A stretch of 64,000 nt of DNA from Octopus sinensis (Eukaryota). Made by a program: the position numbers and the translations under genes. Under the pieces are notes generated by a model. It saw nothing but the letters and a program-made list of their open reading frames with translations. It searched no databases and was not told the DNA's origin. The stretch's first letter is position 1. Each line of letters begins with the position of its first letter. The stretch lies in the NCBI RefSeq assembly GCF_006345805.1, contig NC_043004.1:31434001-31498000 (forward strand), in the 5' to 3' direction. This document shows positions 39,993 to 52,630 of the stretch, one piece after another.

Positions 39993-40914
39993 GGTCCCAG
40001 TTCATAAACTTATGTCCATATTTAAGTTTATGAACTAAGACTTCGTACAGAAAGTATGATATAATCATATTTGGAATCGGTACCATACACAGAAAATATT
40101 TTGTTAACTCTAATATTTAACAAATATTAGATTACAGAATTTAAAAAAAAATGGTGGTGGAACATACTTTTTTGGATGTTGAATCTCACAGAGGCAATGA
40201 CAAGTAATTGAGACCTTTCGGTTTGAGAAGACACATCAAGCCAAACAAAATTGTAGTCATGGCCAGTGCTGGCGATATATAAAAGGCACCCACTACACTC
40301 TTGGATTAGTTGGTGTTAGGAATGGTATCTGACTGTAAAAACCAAGACAAACCAGACTCAAGCCTGGTACAGCTCTCTGGCTTACCAGTTCCAGTCAAAC
40401 CATCGAACCCATGCAAAAATATGTATGCACATTCATACATATTCACATTTATGCCAATAATAATCGGTGCACTTGATGTTGTGAGTGAATGCCTAAGTGA
40501 CAATCTGGATAAACTAGGCTTTTCAGAAAAAGAAACGCACACAGTTTCCATTTACAAAATTTACTTGCAAGAATTGTCAACAAAATTGTCAGTCTAGGGC
40601 TGTGATTGACAACACTTGCCCAAGGTACTGCACAGTGAGACTGAACCTGAAATCACATAGTTACAAAGCAAGCTTCTTAACCACACACCCGTAACTGCAT
40701 CTATATTATAAAATTTTACACACAATACAAAACCTCTAAATTTCTGTCATGTTCTTCAATAAATCAAAAATGAACAAAATCAACATTTATATGCTTTTAT
40801 TATAAAATTATTTTATTTTTAACTTTGAAACTCTCACTGTTCTTCATCATTTCAAATAAAAGAACAACATTGTTATTTGCTTATATTTACTTTATGTATT
40901 TCTGTTTCTTCTAG

Positions 40915-40986
40915 AAACTGCCATCAATCCTGTTGATGGTGTTGAAAGTGATGCAGTCTTTTACAAACTCCGACATCCTTGCACAG
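40915..40986 (+). CDS. RNASEH2B: RNASEH2B coding exon 2 (K-TAINPVDGVESDAVFYKLRHPCT-D)
   Basis: TTCTAG acceptor, GTAAAA donor, 72 nt, phase 1 to 1. FYKLRHPC corresponds to the conserved FVKLVNPC/L.HP motif. Confidence 0.9.
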
Positions 40987-41482
40987 GTAAAAATCTTCAA
41001 ATTATTATTTAGAGTTTGGAAACAATTTTATGACATACAACTTTTAAAATATTTTAATAAAAACACACACACATGCATGCACGCACATGCAAGTGTTGCA
41101 CGTGCTTAGAATATAGTTTTATTTGGCTGACATTTACCTGGAATTGCATCTACTTTAACCCCTGAAAAAAGGGACAGTTCAAGAATGAATTACGTCAGCA
41201 GATGAAATAATTATTTGAGTGTATGTTTTTACTGGAATAATTAAATGATGATCTGTTTCTAAAAGACAGAATGATCCTTCATTTAGTTCATTTAAGGGAA
41301 TTAAATAATCAGATTCAGTATTTATAAAATCTGAATATTCGTATCTTCAGTGTTATTGGTAACCTAGAGTATACTGCTACCATCAGGAAAAGGACATACA
41401 TACAGTAATTATAGTTCAACTTAAGGCAGTGAGCTGGCAGAATTGTTAGCACACCAGGCAAAATGTTTAGCAGCATGTCATC

Positions 41483-41727
41483 TATTTACATTATTTACAT
41501 TCAATGGATATTTGTCCTCATCTTGTTGTTAACACAACGTTTCGGCTGATATACCCTCCAGCCTTCATCAGGTGTCTTGGGGAAATTTCGAACCTGGGTC
41601 TTCATTCCTAAGGTATTTTTGATGATGATGTTGTTGTTATTATTATTATTATTATTATTAAGGCCACTGCTTGGAATCGAACTCGGAATCTTGGGTTAGT
41701 AGCCCATGCTCTTAAGCACTATGCCAT
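41483..41727 (-). mobile_element. tRNA-headed SINE: tRNA-like head (41661-41727), (TAA)n linker, hammerhead-containing 3' body
   Basis: Head GGCATAGTGCTTAAGAGC..GGGCTACTAACCC..GAGTTCGATTCC has A/B-box-like motifs and a 7-nt anticodon-like loop. Confidence 0.65.
41531..41577 (-). ncRNA. Minimal type I hammerhead ribozyme motif (Penelope-type) within a SINE
   Basis: AGACAC-CUGAUGA-A-GGCUG(gagggtatat)CAGCC-GAAA-CG-UU-GUGUU. Stem I and stem II pair, stem III is the palindromic ACGU, and the cleavage triplet is GUU. Confidence 0.65.
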
Positions 41728-41973
41728 ATACCCATCATCATCATCATCACCACCGTTTAGCGTCCGCTTTCCATGCTAGCATGGGTTGGATGGTTCAACT
41801 GGGGTCTGGGAAGCCAGAAGGCTGCACCAGGCCCAGTCTGATCTGGCAATGTTTCTACAGCTGGATGCCCTTCCTAATGCCAACCATTCCGTGAGTGTAG
41901 TGGGTGCTTTTACGTGCCACCAGCACAGGTGCCAGTCGAGGCTGGCAAACGGCCACAATCGGATGGTGCTTTT

Positions 41974-42175
41974 AATAATAATAATAATAATAATAATAAC
42001 AACATCATCGAAAAATACCTTAGGAATGAGAACCCAGGTTCGAAATTTCCCCTAGACACCTGATGAAGGCTGGAGGGTATATCAGCTGAAACATTGTGTG
42101 TAACAACAAACAAGATGAGGACAAATATCCGTCAAATGTCAATAATGTAAATAATTCCTCATCTCTTAAATATAG
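41974..42175 (+). mobile_element. Headless inverted copy of the hammerhead-carrying SINE body (ribozyme core mutated)
   Basis: Near-identical reverse complement of 41483-41660. Core at 42054-42100 reads CUGAUGA..CAGCU-GAAA-CAUU. Confidence 0.8.
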
Positions 42176-42688
42176 AATGGTATGTCATCTATCTTTAAGT
42201 TCTGAGTTCAAATTCTACCAATGTCAACCTTGCCTTTTATCCTTTTGGGGTCAATAAAATAAGTCAGTCTAATCAACTTATTCCCTTATAAATTATAATT
42301 TATCTTTTTATTAAATTTCTTGATGCTTATACAAAACAATGAAATGAATATCAAAAGAAAAGTATTTATTGCTTAAGAATTAAATAAAACATTTGTATAT
42401 TTATAATAAATGTGCTATTTTTCTAAATTTTATCAACATAATTGCAATCTGCTCCATTGGAAACTTGTCTCTGTAAAATTTAAAAAAAAGAAAAATGTGT
42501 ATTTATCAGAAAGCGTTAGAACATTCATCCTGTACCTTTTATGTTTATTTTCTCTATCTCTCTTTTACTCTCTCTGTATGATATAAAGTGTGACTGGTGA
42601 AATCAACCGGCCAATCAACTTTTATATTGGCTATTTTAATATATAGAGATTGAAACCTTTACTTTTTATGCAAATCATGTATAGGGTA

Positions 42689-43075
42689 GGAGTGGCTGTG
42701 TGGTCAGTAGCTTGCTTACAAACCACATGGTTCCGGGTTCAGTCCCACTGCGTGGCACCTTGGGCAAGTGTCTTCTACTATAGCCTTGGGCAGACCAAAG
42801 CCTTGTGAGTGGATTTGGTAGGCGGAAACTGAAAGAAGCCCGTTGTATATATGTATGTGTGTGTATAAGTTTGTGTGTCTGTGTTTGTCCCTCAATATCG
42901 CTTGACAACCGATGCTGGTGTTTTTACGTCCCCATAACTTAGCGGTTCACCAAAAGAGACCGATAGAATAAGTACTAGGCTTACAAAGAATAAGTCCTGG
43001 GGTTGACTTGCTCGACTAAAGGTGGTGCTCCAGCATGGTCACAGTCACATGACTGAAACAAGTAAAAAAAAAAAG
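42689..43075 (+). mobile_element. tRNA-derived SINE, full copy
   Basis: Same head, core and tail as 17588-18035. Confidence 0.85.
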
Positions 43076-44390
43076 GAGTAGGGTACAGATCCACTCACAA
43101 AGCTTTGGTTGACCCAGTGCTATAGCAGAAGACTCTTGCCCTAGGTACCATGCAGTGGGACTGAGTGTGTAACCATGTGGTTGGGAAACAAATTTCTTAA
43201 CCACCAGCCTGAAAACCAGGTTTATTGAAGAACTGTGAGAATTACATATATTACACAAATATGGTAACCTAGCCCATCACAGAAATTAATCAGAACCATA
43301 AACATTTTTTTAGAATTTTCTTTAACAAAATATATATATAATTGTTTAGATCTTAAAGTGTGCAGATCTAAATATTGTGTACAAGATTAAAAAAAAAATT
43401 AGTTCCAGATTTTTGATTTTTTATTCTCTCTCATGTACCAATATTTGCCTGTTCCACTTTGTTTAAAATTATATTTACTGCTTAATCCAAGATTAGTCAA
43501 TAAGGTGTAATATATTTATTTAAATTTATGATGTTTCAGGTATGTTTTAGCTTTATATTTCCTTTTATTTCTACATTTATAAAAGTAAAAAAGCAAATTG
43601 TATTCCATTTTATAAAACATCTGTTGAAGTTATTTATTCATTTTCTATGTCTTATGGCTATTCATGCTGTTAGCAGTTTTAATGTTTATGCTACCTCTAA
43701 AGTTCTCTTACCTGATACAATTGCCAGATAATTCACAGTGTTTTATGTTCGTATTGTTGCACTGATAATATAATACAAGGCTCCTATCTATTCATTTCTT
43801 GTATACTGATCAAGATAATTCCCTTGATACTGTTGGAGATATACTATTGTGGATTCAACTGTTAGATACCTTACTATTTATCATCCTAATCTTCATACTT
43901 TTTCAGTAAAACTATTCTTCACACTGCTCTGATGCATAACAGCTTATCAGAAAAGAGTAAAAGATATATGTCAAATAAAGAAAGATGACAGTGAAGACTA
44001 GAAATATGTGCACAATGCACAGAATAAAAGACAAAAAGACAGAAAAACATACAGCAAAAGAGCCGTAAAGAGGAAGGGTGCATTGGAGTAGTGTTCATGA
44101 ATTTCTGGAAGGATGGAGTTTTGAGAAGGATGCAGTCGCCTGACATCTAACAACTGATGCAATAAGTTTATTCCATGCTTTGGTGTTCTGAGCATGTTTC
44201 CTAAAATTTGCTCTATTTAAAATACATGAGTAATTTTAAAATATTAAATCAATATTTCTCAAATTCTACATCATTCTACTCTATACGTTTTCAGGTTGTT
44301 TCTATTGTTTTGTGATAATTGCATTACAACTTGTCATTCATTACCTTTGAGAATCATTAATATTTCAATGTTTCCCCCTTAAATCTGCAG

Positions 44391-44498
44391 ATAACAGCAG
44401 CATATTTCTCTTCACTCATAAGAATCAAAATGTATTTGAAGTTACAAACTACAAAGAAGAATTTCGCTCTTGGTTATTTAACAATTATGTTGTTGAAG
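44391..44498 (+). CDS. RNASEH2B: RNASEH2B coding exon 3 (DNSSIFLFTHKNQNVFEVTNYKEEFRSWLFNNYVVE-D)
   Basis: CTGCAG acceptor, GTAGGT donor, 108 nt. FEV...E..RSW..N..V matches the RNase H2B N-terminal domain. Confidence 0.93.
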
Positions 44499-46141
44499 GT
44501 AGGTGATTACTTTAAACTCTCTATCTCTCAATAAACTACAATATCAACATAACTGTTTTCCGTCCAACCCATGCCAGCATGGACAACGGATGTTAAAGGA
44601 TGATGATAATGATTGAAAAATATGTTCAAAATTGATAAAAAAAACATTTTTAAAAATATTAAAAATGAAATTAGAAACTTGTTTTTAATTGTATTTATTG
44701 AACACTGAAATAACAAGAAATTTTCAATATAGGATGATAGGAAAATGCATATTTTCAATGGGACCTTCGTTGAGTTGCACCATCTGCACTGTCATAAATC
44801 CATCACAAGTCTCTGTTGTGTACCCTTCCCTTGGAGAGCTTAGTACATCATTATACTGCTCAATGGTTAATCCAGTTTTGGCTTTAGTTGAACATTAATG
44901 ATATGTTTTGTAATTTATGAACAATAAAAAAGGAAGCAGGATGTATCTTTATAACACCAGTGGTTGAACAGCTGTTGTACAAGTTGTGTACAGTGTGTTA
45001 GGTGTGTAATGTGGCCTTGCTAGATTTAACTGAGTAATATTAGATTTAACAGGATACTGGGTATCAGATGGGGCAAAGCAATGAGCTAAGTATAGTTTGT
45101 TAGATGTGTAGTGTGGCTTTGATAAATTTAACTGAGTAATAAACTTAAGGGACTGTGTATCAGAAACACATCATCATCGTTTAACGTCCGCTTTCCATGC
45201 TGGCATGGGTTGGACTATATGACTGAGGATTGGCTAACCAGATGGCTGCACCAGGCTCCAATCTGATCTGGCAGTTTTTCTACAGCTGGATGCCCTTCCT
45301 AACGCCAACCACTCCGAGAGTCTAGTGGTGCTTTTATATGCCACCGGCATGAGGGCCAGTCAGGCGGTACTGGCTATGGCCATGCTCAAATGGTGTTTTT
45401 TACATGCCACTGGCACAAGTGGCAGTAAGGTGATGCTGGTAATGATCACGCTTGAATGGTGCTCTTTACGTGCCACCGGCATGGAAGCCAGTCACCTGCT
45501 CTGGCAACAATCACGCTTGGATGGTGCTCTTAGCGCTCTACTAGCATGGATGCCAATCATCAAATTTGATTTCAATTTCGATTTCACTTGCTTCAACAGG
45601 TCTTTGGAAGCAGAATTTAGTCTCCAATGAAGGAAAGGTATGCATAAGTGGGCTGGTTACACTCCTAGCATAGGCCACGGGTTATGGTCTCACTTGGCTT
45701 GCCAGGTCTTATATATATATATATATATATATATGACTTGACTATAGAGGAAATGGTATCATCATCATTTAACATTGTTCTTCCATGCTGACATAGGTTG
45801 GACAGCTTGACAGGAGCCTGCACCAGACTTCTGTGTGTTTTGGCATGGTTTTTACAGTTAGATGTTCTTCCTAACACCAACCACCTGGCAGAGTGGACAG
45901 AGTGCTTTTTTATGTGGCACAAGCACAGGCAAGGTCGGTTTTGGTATGGTTTTTACAGCTGGATGTCCTTCCAAACACTAACCACTTCTCAGTGTGGATT
46001 AGATGTCTTTTGCATGGAGTATGTATGGTAAATGGATGATATTGCAGGTTGGGAAAAATAGTGTTGTATGCTGAAATTCTTTATTTTATTACTGCTTTCA
46101 GTTATTGAACTGTGGTTATTATTGGGCACCGTCTTCTAGAG

Positions 46142-46327
46142 CAGTGCTCTGCAACCTTTTTTCACTTGTGATACACTTACATTCTTTTCGAAATTTGGTG
46201 GCACATCTGAACTAAAAATATAACTTAAAATATTGAGAAAAAAATTATATTCAGATTACATTGCTGCATACCTAGCATCGTCTCCTGGCACACCAGTGTA
46301 CAATGGTATTCTGGTTGCAGAGCACTG
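46142..46327. mobile_element. hAT (Buster-type) MITE
   Basis: Perfect 15-bp TIR CAGTGCTCTGCAACC. TSD TTCTAGAG / TTGTAGAG. Confidence 0.85.
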
Positions 46328-47011
46328 TTGTAGAGTATAGTTGTTTGCATTAATTACAACACTTATTTTATCAATCTTGAAATACTAGAAGCTAAGGTGG
46401 ACTTATGCTGATTTAACCTTAAAACATTTAGAGACATAACCAAATACTACATGGTATTTTGTCAGACACTCTACTGATTCTATCATTCCCTGCCAGTATC
46501 ATTTGCTCATTTGTTTACATGTCCATTTTTCCATGGTAGCATGGGTTGTACAAACATGGATTAAGGGGAAAGGAAAGGGGATAACTTAGCCATTTGAAAA
46601 ATAATGACTGATAAAATAAGTAATTGGTTTGATATAATTGAATACAAATCATTGAAGGCAGTGCCCCAGCATAGCCACAGTCCAGTGAATGAAACCAATT
46701 AAAGAATAAAAGAGAGTAAAATATCTTTATGTAGAGGTCTATAATCCATATCATAGATTAATGTATGTTAAATCAGTAATGATCATAATGATTTATACTA
46801 AGGTGTTATTAATCTGTCTTTGATTGAGTCTTAGTCATTTCATTCTCTTTCCTTGGGGCATAGTATATCTCGGAGTATGTTATCCAATATGATATTTCTA
46901 TTTTAAGATGATAGAATGCACTTTAAGAGAAATTTGGTTGTTATTTCTACATAACTGTTTTCTTTTTGGCCCCAATTTAAAATAAGTTTTTTTGTTATCT
47001 TCTGTTTTCAG

Positions 47012-47088
47012 ATGGCTCCCTGTTGTTTGTCACACCTGTTGATCCCCTTTTCCTTATTTTACCCTACTTAATAAAGGCAGAAAAGAAG
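47012..47088 (+). CDS. RNASEH2B: RNASEH2B coding exon 4 (DGSLLFVTPVDPLFLILPYLIKAEKK)
   Basis: TTTTCAG acceptor, GTAATT donor, 77 nt. Contains the diagnostic DG.L...TPVDPLFL.LPYL motif. Confidence 0.96.
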
Positions 47089-47109
47089 GTAATTACTTGA
47101 ATTCTTTCC

Positions 47110-47144
<35 letters not shown>

Positions 47145-48302
47145 ATCATCATCATCATCACCACCATCATCATTTAATGTTCATTTTCCAAGCTGGCATG
47201 GGTTGTACAGTTTGACAGGATCCAATAGTTTCAGGGACTGTATCATGCCCTATGGTCTACTTTTGCATGGTTTCAATTTCTGGATACCCTTCTTAACACC
47301 AAGCACTTTACAGCATGTACTGGGTGCATTTTTTATGACACTAGCACTTGTAAGGTTGCCATGCACCTAGCAAGACTATGAACCCCAAGAGAGATGGCTT
47401 TATGCTTGGAGATGAGGAGTAAAAGTATGAGAGAGGGGTCAAAGCAGAACGAGTTTCTTTGTGTAGAGGAGCTACATAACTACTCACATTTTAGAAGAGA
47501 ATACAATGGGTATCAGAGTGAAGATAAGAAGAGTTAAAAATAGTGGTAATGAGATGTCTGGGTGGATTTGAAATTGTTGAAAAATATTGAAGCTTACTTT
47601 AATTTGAAGGATGATTTTCAGATTTTACAATTTTTGGCTATTCTTCCAGCTGTGACCATCTCATTATTTTTCTCTTCTGACACAGTGTATCAAGGACTAC
47701 ATTATCGAATGTGTTCTTCTATATTAAGGACATCGGATGTAATTTGAGGGTTATCTGGATACTATTTCCAACAGATGGTGAGACCATCTCTATGAATGTT
47801 TTTACTTTTACAATGTAAGGGTAAAAAAAGAAAGGGTAAAGGCCCCTTTCGGTCCCAAATGATCATGGGGTTGCACATAGAAAGTTCACCTCCAAAGCAC
47901 AAGTATGGGCAAGGTTTATTTATGGAAGAACAGCAATTGCCCATGCACATGGCACCAATGTTGTCCAAGGGAAAGGCTGATACAGCTTGGCACCAGTGAC
48001 ATTGTAACCAATTTCTACAGATGAGTGAACTGGAGCAATGTGAAATAGTGTCTTGCTCAAGAACACAGCACACCATGTAGTAATGCAAGTAGTATTGACC
48101 ACATTACCTTGCATATCCGTACCTACTACAGATTGTTGAGTTCCTATATCATTCATCCTTCTTACTACTTTACATTATCATTCATACCTCCACATCTCTC
48201 ACTCAGTAAACTGGTTGACCAGCAAGCAGAAACATGGAGTTGTGAGGACCCTTTGGCCTTGTTGAAGATATGGCTACTTCTCTAGTACAGGTGCCACAAA
48301 AA

Positions 48303-48345
<43 letters not shown>

Positions 48346-49591
48346 GCAACACCCAATTGTAAAAAACAAACTAAGAATGAAACATGTGAGTAAAATGCAG
48401 TCCTCTGAAGCATCGTGGTGAGCACTATCTCCTAAATATGAGCTGACTCCAACTATGGCTAAGTCATCCAACCTACAGTAGTATAGAAGGTGGACGTAAA
48501 ATGATAATAATAATGATGATGGTGATGAGAGGTATAATTATTACAGTAGGATGGTATTATAATCAGTGTCAGTTGTAACATAATGTTCCTTCTTACCATA
48601 TACAGGAGTGTACACAGTGAAGGTACATGGCTCAGTGGTTAGAGCGTTGGGCTAACAATCACAAGGTTGTAAGTTCAATTCCTGAATTGTGCTGCATGTT
48701 GTGTTCTTGAGCAAGGCACTTTATCTAACGTTACTTTTTACCCATTACAATATTACCAATACTACCACTGTATAGTCAACATCACCCCCACCATTGTACC
48801 ATTGTATAGTTAATATATTACCACCAGTACCACTGTATAGACAACACTGTACTTACAGTGCCTACACAACCAATACCATAACATTTTTGAGAACCAACAT
48901 TATTTATACTGCTGTATAGGAGTGGGTATTGAAAAGTTCCTGGCTTTAAGGGCATCACGAAAGCCTGGTTGAAGGCCCAGCCTTCCAAGTTCTTTTACAG
49001 AAAAACTGAAGGACAGTTGCAATAAGAGTGTGAATCTGAGAGAGGAATATGTTGAATAAAATCATAATTAACCGATCCTCCTGTATTTTCTTTTAGCCAG
49101 AGCCAGGAACTTTCCAGCTCCCTCTCGTACAAGAGTGACTTATTATTCACTGTTTTAGATTCTACTTGTCTGATGGACAGAGACAAATGATTATTTGCAT
49201 GGTTAATGTTCAGTGTGAATTATTTACCTGTTAGTGGTTAAGGAAATAATTGTAGTAGGGAGTATGGTGAAGCTCCATAAGAATGCATTTGAATAGTGAT
49301 GGATTGGTTAAAGTAGTGTTACACTATTATCTTAAACTTGACTGAAGTGTTTGTAAGCTAATGACAATGCTGGAAGAGTTACCCTGTTTAACCCTTTTGC
49401 ATTCAGATTACTCTGTCAAATGTAATGCTTATTTAGTGGCTGTGTGGTAAGTAGCTTGTTTACCAACCACATGGTTCTGGGTTCAGTCCCACTGCGTTGC
49501 ACCTTGGGCAAGTGTCTTCTACTATAGCCTCGGGCCGACCAAAGCCTTTTGAGTTGATTTGGTAGATGGAAACTGAAAGAAGCCCGTCGTA

Positions 49592-49621
<30 letters not shown>

Positions 49622-49622
<1 letters not shown>

Positions 49623-51318
49623 TAAGGTATGTAGAAAAATACAACATGGACAAGAACGTATAACTCATAGAAGACGATACAATAAACAAGGACAGGACAT
49701 TCGAACCCCTCAGTCTTCAGTCAAGAACCGGATCATCGTAGTAATTTCGGCTGATTAATCTTGAGATTACTAGATCACGGCCAGCCCTCCAAGAAAAACT
49801 AAGCTGGAAGCGTAGATTTCCTGGAAGAAGGATCGAATGCATACGAACAACAGGACAGTAAAAGGGACAGATATAAAAAAAACAAAACAAAAAACAATAA
49901 TGGAATACAGAAGCATTAACGGTGAAAACAACAAGTGTCTTACGACTGATAACAAGCAAACAATTTTTTCTCTGGCGCATTGGAAAAAGCCTTTATAGCG
50001 GCGGACGAGGAACAACGATGTTAACACGACGAAAGTCAGGAGCTGAAAGGCAGATTTCGGCCAACAGTCACGTGACAGAGAAGAGGGAAAAGAAAAGAAA
50101 GAGAGAGAGAGAAAAGGGGGACAAAACGCAACAAAGAGAGAGAAGAGAGAGAAAGAAGGAATCAGAGAGGAGAAGGGATGGGTGTCGAAGAATGACCTGT
50201 GAGTGCAGAGCGAGACAAAGAAATAGGAGGGTAGTGGAAGACTAGACCAAAGGATCAGAAGAGAAGATGAATAGAGAGAAAGTAAAAATGAGAGAGAGAG
50301 GGAGACAAACAGAGAGTCGTACCAATTATTAAGAATATGTGTTCACATTAATGATAAAGGGGGTACGGGGCGCCTGGAATATATGTTAAGGTATGTAGAA
50401 AAATACAACATGGACAAGAACGTATAACTCATAGAAGACGATACAATAAACAAGGACAGGACATTCGAACCCCTCAGTCTTCAGTCAAGAACCGGATCAT
50501 CGTAGTAATTTCGGCTGATTAATCTTGAGATTACTAGATCACGGCCAGCCCTCCAAGAAAAACTAAGCTGGAAGCGTAGATTTCCTGGAAGAAGGATCGA
50601 ATGCATACGAACAACAGGACAGTAAAAGGGACAGATATAAAAAAAACAAAACAAAAAACAATAATGGAATACAGAAGCATTAACGGTGAAAACAACAAGT
50701 GTCTTACGACTGATAACAAGCAAACAAATTTTTTCTCTGGCGCATTGGAAAAAGCCTTTATAGCGGCGGACGAGAACAACGATGTTAACACGACGAAAGT
50801 CAGGAGCTGAAAGGCAGATTTCGGCCAACAGTCACGTGACAGAGAAGAGGGAAAAGAAAAGAAAGAGAGAGAGAGAAAAGGGGGACAAAACGCAACAAAG
50901 AGAGAGAAGAGAGAGAAAGAAGGAATCAGAGAGGAGAAGGGATGGGTGTCGAAGAATGACCTGTGAGTGCAGAGCGAGACAAAGAAATAGGAGGGTAGTG
51001 GAAGACTAGACCAAAGGATCAGAAGAGAAGATGAATAGAGAGAAAGTAAAAATGAGAGAGAGAGGGAGACAAACAGAGAGTCGTACCAATTATTAAGAAT
51101 ATGTGTTCACATTAATGATAAAGGGGGTACGGGGCGCCTGGAATATATGTTAAGGTATGTAGAAAAATACAACATGGACAAGAACGTATAACTCATAGAA
51201 GACGATACAATAAACAAGGACAGGACATTCGAACCCCTCAGTCTTCAGTCAAGAACCGGATCATCGTAGTAATTTCGGCTGATTAATCTTGAGATTACTA
51301 GATCACGGCCAGCCCTCC
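49622..51318 (-). repeat. Head-to-tail tandem array, 764-bp unit x 2.2 (Penelope/retrozyme-like pseudo-LTR architecture)
   Basis: Units start at 49622, 50386 and 51150. The last copy is truncated after 169 bp and the complete units are nearly identical. Orientation is inferred from the internal E-box and TATA. Confidence 0.9.
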
Positions 51319-51968
51319 GTGTGTGTGTTTGTGTGTCTGTGTTTGTCCCCCCCTGGCATTGCTTGACAACCGATGCTGGTGTGTTTATGCCCCCGTTACT
51401 TAGCGGTTCGGCAAAAGAGACCGATAGAATAAGTACTGGGCTTACAAAAGAATAAGTCCCGGGGTCGAGTTGCTCGATTAAAGGCGGTGCTCCAGCATGG
51501 CCGCAGTCAAATGACTGAAACAAATAAAAGAGTAAAGAGTATTGTTTTGAATTAATCATTCATTATCTTGTAGCTTTGAGATTTCAATGATATGATTGTT
51601 TACTTTTAGAATGACTGTAGGGTGGGTGTGAGAGGGTGGACCTGGCCAGTTTGAACAGAAAACAGATAGAATATTTGGGCCAGGGTTAATCCATCACCTG
51701 GTCCTTGGCTACCTTTATTAGACCCATTCTGTTACAAACCTGTCTGAGGAGGACTTCCTTCCTGTTAATCTAAGAAGCTAGAGAAAGGCCTTAGTCACTG
51801 CCCTTTCTCCTCTGGTCACCTATTATAAACAACATTCTTTTTTTTTTCAAGATTTTTATGGATGTTGTGTAACCCTCAGCTAAATTCAAAATATAGTTTA
51901 ACTTATTAATAATTACGGAAATCATTTATTGGACATAATGGTTATTGTTGTTGTTATTGTTATTTCAG

Positions 51969-52083
51969 ACTGGCAAGTTTATGACTATTGATCACATGCT
52001 TGAAGATGACCAGTATGTTGACATACATCACCTTTCTGAAAGTGTGAGAGTAAAAAATCTCTCACTAATCACAGATGTTAAAA
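51969..52083 (+). CDS. RNASEH2B: RNASEH2B coding exon 5 (TGKFMTIDHMLEDDQYVDIHHLSESVRVKNLSLITDVK-K)
   Basis: TTTCAG acceptor, GTAAGT donor, 115 nt, phase 0 to 1. GKF..D motif. Confidence 0.92.
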
Positions 52084-52467
52084 GTAAGTTTTTTTGTTTA
52101 TTTTTTTTGTATATCAGCTAAACTGTTTGTCTTAATTTCTGAACCCATTTTATCATCATAGTCTCTGTAATATATCCATTCTTCTCTATTTGTGTGGCAT
52201 GAACGATCCCATTGTCTGGTTATTTTTTTTATTTCTGTTTCTTGGTGACATTCTTCTGAGCCACCAAATTATCTCTTCTCTTCTACCATATGTCATCCTC
52301 CTTCCCCATTCACTACATTTACTCCATATTCTTACAACCTACCCAACCACATACCATTTCTCTCTCTCCTTTCTGCCTATCCTCTCTCTTCTCAGTCTAC
52401 TCTATTATTATTATAAGAAATATTGAATTTCTAAATCTCTCGTAGAGATATGTACGGTGGTGGGGCG

Positions 52468-52630
52468 ATAGAATGGTTGTATACTGTCAATCTAACAAGA
52501 ACGTGACAGTAGGGGGTACACCACCGTTGTATAGCCCTAGGAGGCGTTCGATGCCTCCTAGGGCTATACAACGGTGGCGTACCTCCTACTGTCACGTTCT
52601 TGTTAGATTGACAGTATACAACCATTCTAT
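52468..52630. repeat. Near-perfect 163-bp palindrome (arms about 78 bp)
   Basis: atagaatggttgtatactgtcaatc...ctaggaggc gttcgat gcctcctag...cagtatacaaccattctat. Confidence 0.95.

Noticed and set aside
48620-48730. tRNA genes (here, at 41661-41727 and at other SINE heads)
   Set aside because: There is no intact acceptor stem, and each is fused to a repeat body, so these are SINE heads rather than functional tRNAs.
49690-49790. Complete hammerhead in the 169-bp terminal block of the tandem array
   Set aside because: CUGAAGA and GAAA are both present on the minus strand, but I could not build stems I-III around them in any topology.
51700-51830. Possible H/ACA snoRNA upstream of RNASEH2B exon 5
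   Set aside because: One hairpin (GAGAAAGG/CCTTTCTC) and an ACA are present, but there is no clear first hairpin or correctly placed H box.
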